Below are positions 60,408 through 64,000 of a DNA stretch of 64,000 nt, piece after piece (within the stretch, counting starts at the first letter, position 1; every line of letters starts with the position of its first letter). The position numbers were made by a program, and so were the translations under genes. The stretch comes from Podarcis gaigeae. Its lineage: Eukaryota. The stretch lies in assembly GCA_964106915.2 (NCBI GenBank), contig OZ066927.1. One strand, 5' to 3'. The notes under the pieces were generated by a model, which saw only the letters and a list, made by a program, of their open reading frames with translations, had not been told where the DNA came from and searched no databases.

Positions 60408-60666
60408 AGAAGAAGAAGAAGAAGAAGAGTTTGGATTTGATATCCAGCCTTTCACTCCCTTTAAGGAGTCTCAAAGCGGCTAACATTCTCCTTTCCCTTC
60501 CTCCCCCACAACAAACACTCTGTGAGGTGAGTGGGGCTGAGAGACTTCAAAGAAGTGTGACTGGCCCAAGGTCACCCAGCAGCTGCATGTGGAGGAGTGG
60601 AGACTCGAACCCGGTTCCCCAGATTACGAGACTACCGCTCTTAACCACTACACCACACTGGCTCTC
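60408..60666 (-). mobile_element. tRNA-derived SINE with (CTT)n tail (Squam3-like), full length
   Basis: Reverse complement of the 43184 family; (GAA)n at the left end; GGGTTCGAGTC B box on the minus strand. Confidence 0.85.
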
Positions 60667-61134
60667 TACACCACACAGAAGCGGGTGGTGGTACGCAGGC
60701 AGATCCTCAGCCAAGACCACACCTACTCCCCCCCCCCCCCGGGCTCGGGCTCTAACCCAATACCCACTCTGGACCCAAGTCCTGACACACACACCCTCCA
60801 CTTACACACCTACAATGTGAGAACAGTGGCATCGTTCTACCTGACAGGGCTGTTAGCAAGATTCCTGAAAGAAAGTACATAACGGGCTTTGCACGCTTGA
60901 CCTGCGCCATGACGGCTTGTCATCCTTGCTGAATAAGTGACACCTGCACATGCTTCTTGTGCGAAGCCTCTTTCTGGTGGTGGTGTTAGCAAGAGCCACA
61001 AGGTACAAGTGGCAGCTGTACCTTCTGTGACTCATTCAGCTGCCAGGTTCAAAGTTGCCCTCCCCACATGGCAGAATCCTCAAAAGTGTGTGTCAAAGGC
61101 AGCCCCTCAGAACACTGTCGCCTTTTACTCTTCA

Positions 61135-61700
61135 GTTACTTTTGATTTAATTGTATTTTGCTGCAATTTCCGATTGTTTGAATCGGAAACAAAGCCTTAA
61201 TAAGAGTTCTAGTTAATTTTCTGTCTTGTAATTACCACTCTCATTTTTCTGATAATTGGCCGCCGCAATTATATGTATATTTACTAATCACGTCAGCAGC
61301 TTGGTGGTCGCTTCTCCCTGCCGCCATTGATAATGATATGCGCGCATGTATTGTGAAGCTGGCTTTTATCATCATCATCATCATCTCCTTTCCTCTTCTG
61401 TTTCTTCTTTTTTTTTTAATTCCCCCCACCCCTCCTTCCCGCACCACATCAAAGCTATTTCCCTCGCAACCCTCCATAATGAACCCCACACATGCATTTG
61501 ACACAGTTGTGTGCGAGAGAAATTGTTTGGCTCCCACCAAATGCTGCACGCTCTGAGTTTCTTGCCTGCAGCACTGGAAGGTTGTATGTGATGATATATG
61601 ACTCTTGCAAATGGCCAAAGCACTCCAAAGCACGGCAAGATTAAAATAAGTCATTCCTTTGTTAATTTAAATAGGTGCATGCATCATACTTTGCAAAGCA
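61135..61700. promoter_or_regulatory. Candidate conserved non-coding element
   Basis: Dense TAAT/ATTA sites, retained CpGs, two short perfect inverted repeats, no TE hallmarks. Confidence 0.5.
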
Positions 61701-62663
61701 CTCAGGGACGGGGTGGGGGGAGGTTGTGGGGGGCGGGGGGAACGGTGGCAAAAGCTGCCGAAAGGTATTTTTAATAGCAAATGAGAATAGATGAGAACGG
61801 AGTCATTTGCAGCTGACTCCTGTTTTATGTGGTTCTCTTGTTCCAACTGTAGGTCTAATGAGATGACTGTTAAAGTACTCCGCAGTGCAATTTCATTACA
61901 TCCTGAGCTGTTACACTATAAACACTGGCAAGTCTCTCTGTCATTCTTGGGGGGCGGGGGGGGGAGATGGCAGAAACTCTCCTCAATTTGTAAATCCCTA
62001 TTTTGCTGATGAAATATTCCTCTTTGAAAAATAATACGGATGTTTCTTGAGTTTTTTAAAATGAATTTGGTAGCCTTGTGTTTTGATAGATTTGTTGTTC
62101 GTTGGCTCAGCTTTGCAATTTACTATTTTTTAATTTTTTTTTATTTAGTTCTCCATATACCCCCCTGGCCTCTCCTGCTTAACTCTAACAAGATTTGAGA
62201 TTGCTAAGTGTAAATAAATAGCAACTATGATGCAGGAAGCAAAGGTCAACACAAGAATAATTTCCCAGTTCTTTGTTAATTACAAGACCATTTGGGTGTT
62301 ACTTAAATAATCATTAATTTCTCATTTACACTTTCCCTACCTTCTTTTCTGCCCCGTGGCTATCATTGTCCCTTTTTACCTCCCCTTGGTCTTATTTCTA
62401 CATATTCTTACCCGTTGTATAACACTCATTACTTCTAAATGCAGGATTTCTGACACATTCTCACGGCTTCACCCTCTCTCTCCCCACACGTACACAGTCT
62501 GGTATTTGAAATCAACATCATCCCCTGCTTGCTTTCCATCTGAAATCAACTATACAATTAACAAATTGCACTTTCACTTTCTGATGTTGTTGTTGTTGTT
62601 GTCTCCCTCCTTTCCCTCCCGCCCCCCATTGCCCCCACCTGCCCAATCCAAACTCAATTGCAG

Positions 62664-62725
62664 GAATCGCCTGTCCTTCCGGTTGGGGAGTTCTCAGAGC
62701 CGTTTGTACACTTCATCACTCAATG
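62664..62725 (+). CDS. MAP2K5: MAP2K5 coding exon (exon 20 eq.), ESPVLPVGEFSEPFVHFITQ(C)
   Basis: tgcAG acceptor, 62 nt, TG|GTAAGC donor. Confidence 0.96.
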
Positions 62726-64000
62726 GTAAGCTTCGTTTGCAAATGTGCCGTGCCCTCAATGTAAATGATACATGCCATTAACTCCACAGTACCACAGGAC
62801 CTTATGGCTTTCCCTGCATCCTCCCAGAGACGCCAGGGACTTGGCAGGCCTTGGGCAGCTGGGCCAGCAAAGCTGAGCAAACTGTTTAAATTATGTAAAC
62901 GTTATTTACACAAAGGGTCATAAAAGCACTTCAGAGGGAGAGTTTTTACCCCCCGCCCCTGTTTTAATAAATGGTTGGGGATCTTGGGTGTATTCTCAAG
63001 GAATTGGTGTGTACGTGTGTGTGTTTGTGTTTTAAATCACTCGGAAAAATAAGGATGACAGATAATCATATTTATAACTCCATTATTCAGGCATTCTCAT
63101 ATTCCTTAGGAAAGCAGGCAACCTTTTTAAATGGGGTAAACAATGCACTTGATTAATTCATCGGCTTTTCATTTAGAAGTGGTTTTATGGAGTTCTTCTT
63201 TGGGAGGGTACTCTTCTCAGTAAGGGCCGTATTTTAAACCACACCGTAGGGCATGTTTTGCTTCTTCCAGACAAACTGCCTCATTCAGTGGAAGGCCACT
63301 AAAATTAACTAGGGTGTTTTTTTAATATAAAAAAAAGGAATCTAGTTTTAAAAAGGAATCTCCTGAGCACCAAAAGGTTAAAGATCTAAGTACAACCTAT
63401 TACAATGAAGGCATGTTTTAATGTCTCATTTATAGAGAAAGCTTAATAAGCAGGCGATAAAGGATGAGAGAGAGAGATTGAGCTTGGTCTAAATGATTTG
63501 GGTTTAATGGAGAACAATTGCCTTTTTTATCCTGTCAAGATGAACTTTCTGGACAAAAACTGTCAATGGACATAATTCAACAGTGCAAAGCAAGCACGCA
63601 ACCCCTAAGCTTCTAGGCAAACTGAATAGGTGATCTCTTTTAGGAGAACTGTTGGATTCAGACATGTTGCAGAAGCTGGAGATGGAGGAGGATGCTCAAC
63701 ACTGCACAGAATTAGGCCATCCATTAGCTACTATGATAGGAATCCATGTGTAACAATATATGGATACTCACCATCAAAACTGATTCCCAGAAAACACCCA
63801 TAGGTTCCTTGGTTCTAAATACCCTTTTCTGTGGGAATAAAAGTTTGATTGCCAGCCACAAATTTACTACTAAAGAAGTGTCCAGGAATCGGCTCCTTAC
63901 GCAAAGAGACATTTGGATACATTCAGATTATGCGAATTTACACTAATGCGAGAGAACCTTCTCTAGAGTGTCCCAAAGGATGATGTTCTGACAGAAGAAT

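Noticed and set aside
60278-60820. 180-aa ORF
   Set aside because: Runs through a reverse-oriented SINE and low-complexity tracts; no protein-like features.
62356-62781. 141-aa ORF overlapping exon 20
   Set aside because: Wrong frame relative to MAP2K5; open because the pyrimidine-rich, AG-free intron lacks stops.

Overview
Vertebrate genomic DNA, most likely a squamate lizard. The repeat landscape (Sauria SINEs, tRNA-derived SINEs with (CTT)n tails, BovB/RTE, CR1, Penelope-like ends) points to a lacertid-type genome; this is inference. The whole window lies inside one plus-strand gene, MAP2K5 (MEK5). Eleven small coding exons, equivalent to human exons 9-17, 19 and 20, are readable with canonical AG/GT boundaries. 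They encode an intact kinase domain: AVK lysine, HRDVKPSN, DFG, SIAKT activation loop and APE. The expected 27-nt exon 18 (IQKNQGSLM) was not found and probably lies in the 651-nt N gap at 51651-52301. About 99% of the window is intron: many short transposon insertions (several with readable TSDs/TIRs and nested insertions) interleaved with repeat-free blocks rich in homeodomain, PBX-HOX, MEIS, POU and TCF motifs. These look like conserved developmental enhancers, plausibly for the neighbouring SKOR1. The most notable extra signals are a near-intact minimal type-I hammerhead ribozyme fold (antisense, 46922-46959) with decayed relatives, a candidate poison exon (6751-6817), a 164-nt AG-exclusion zone before exon 20, and a locally duplicated E-box/TCF module. 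I see no convincing wholly new biological system. Nearly all ORF-track entries are chance or TE-derived.
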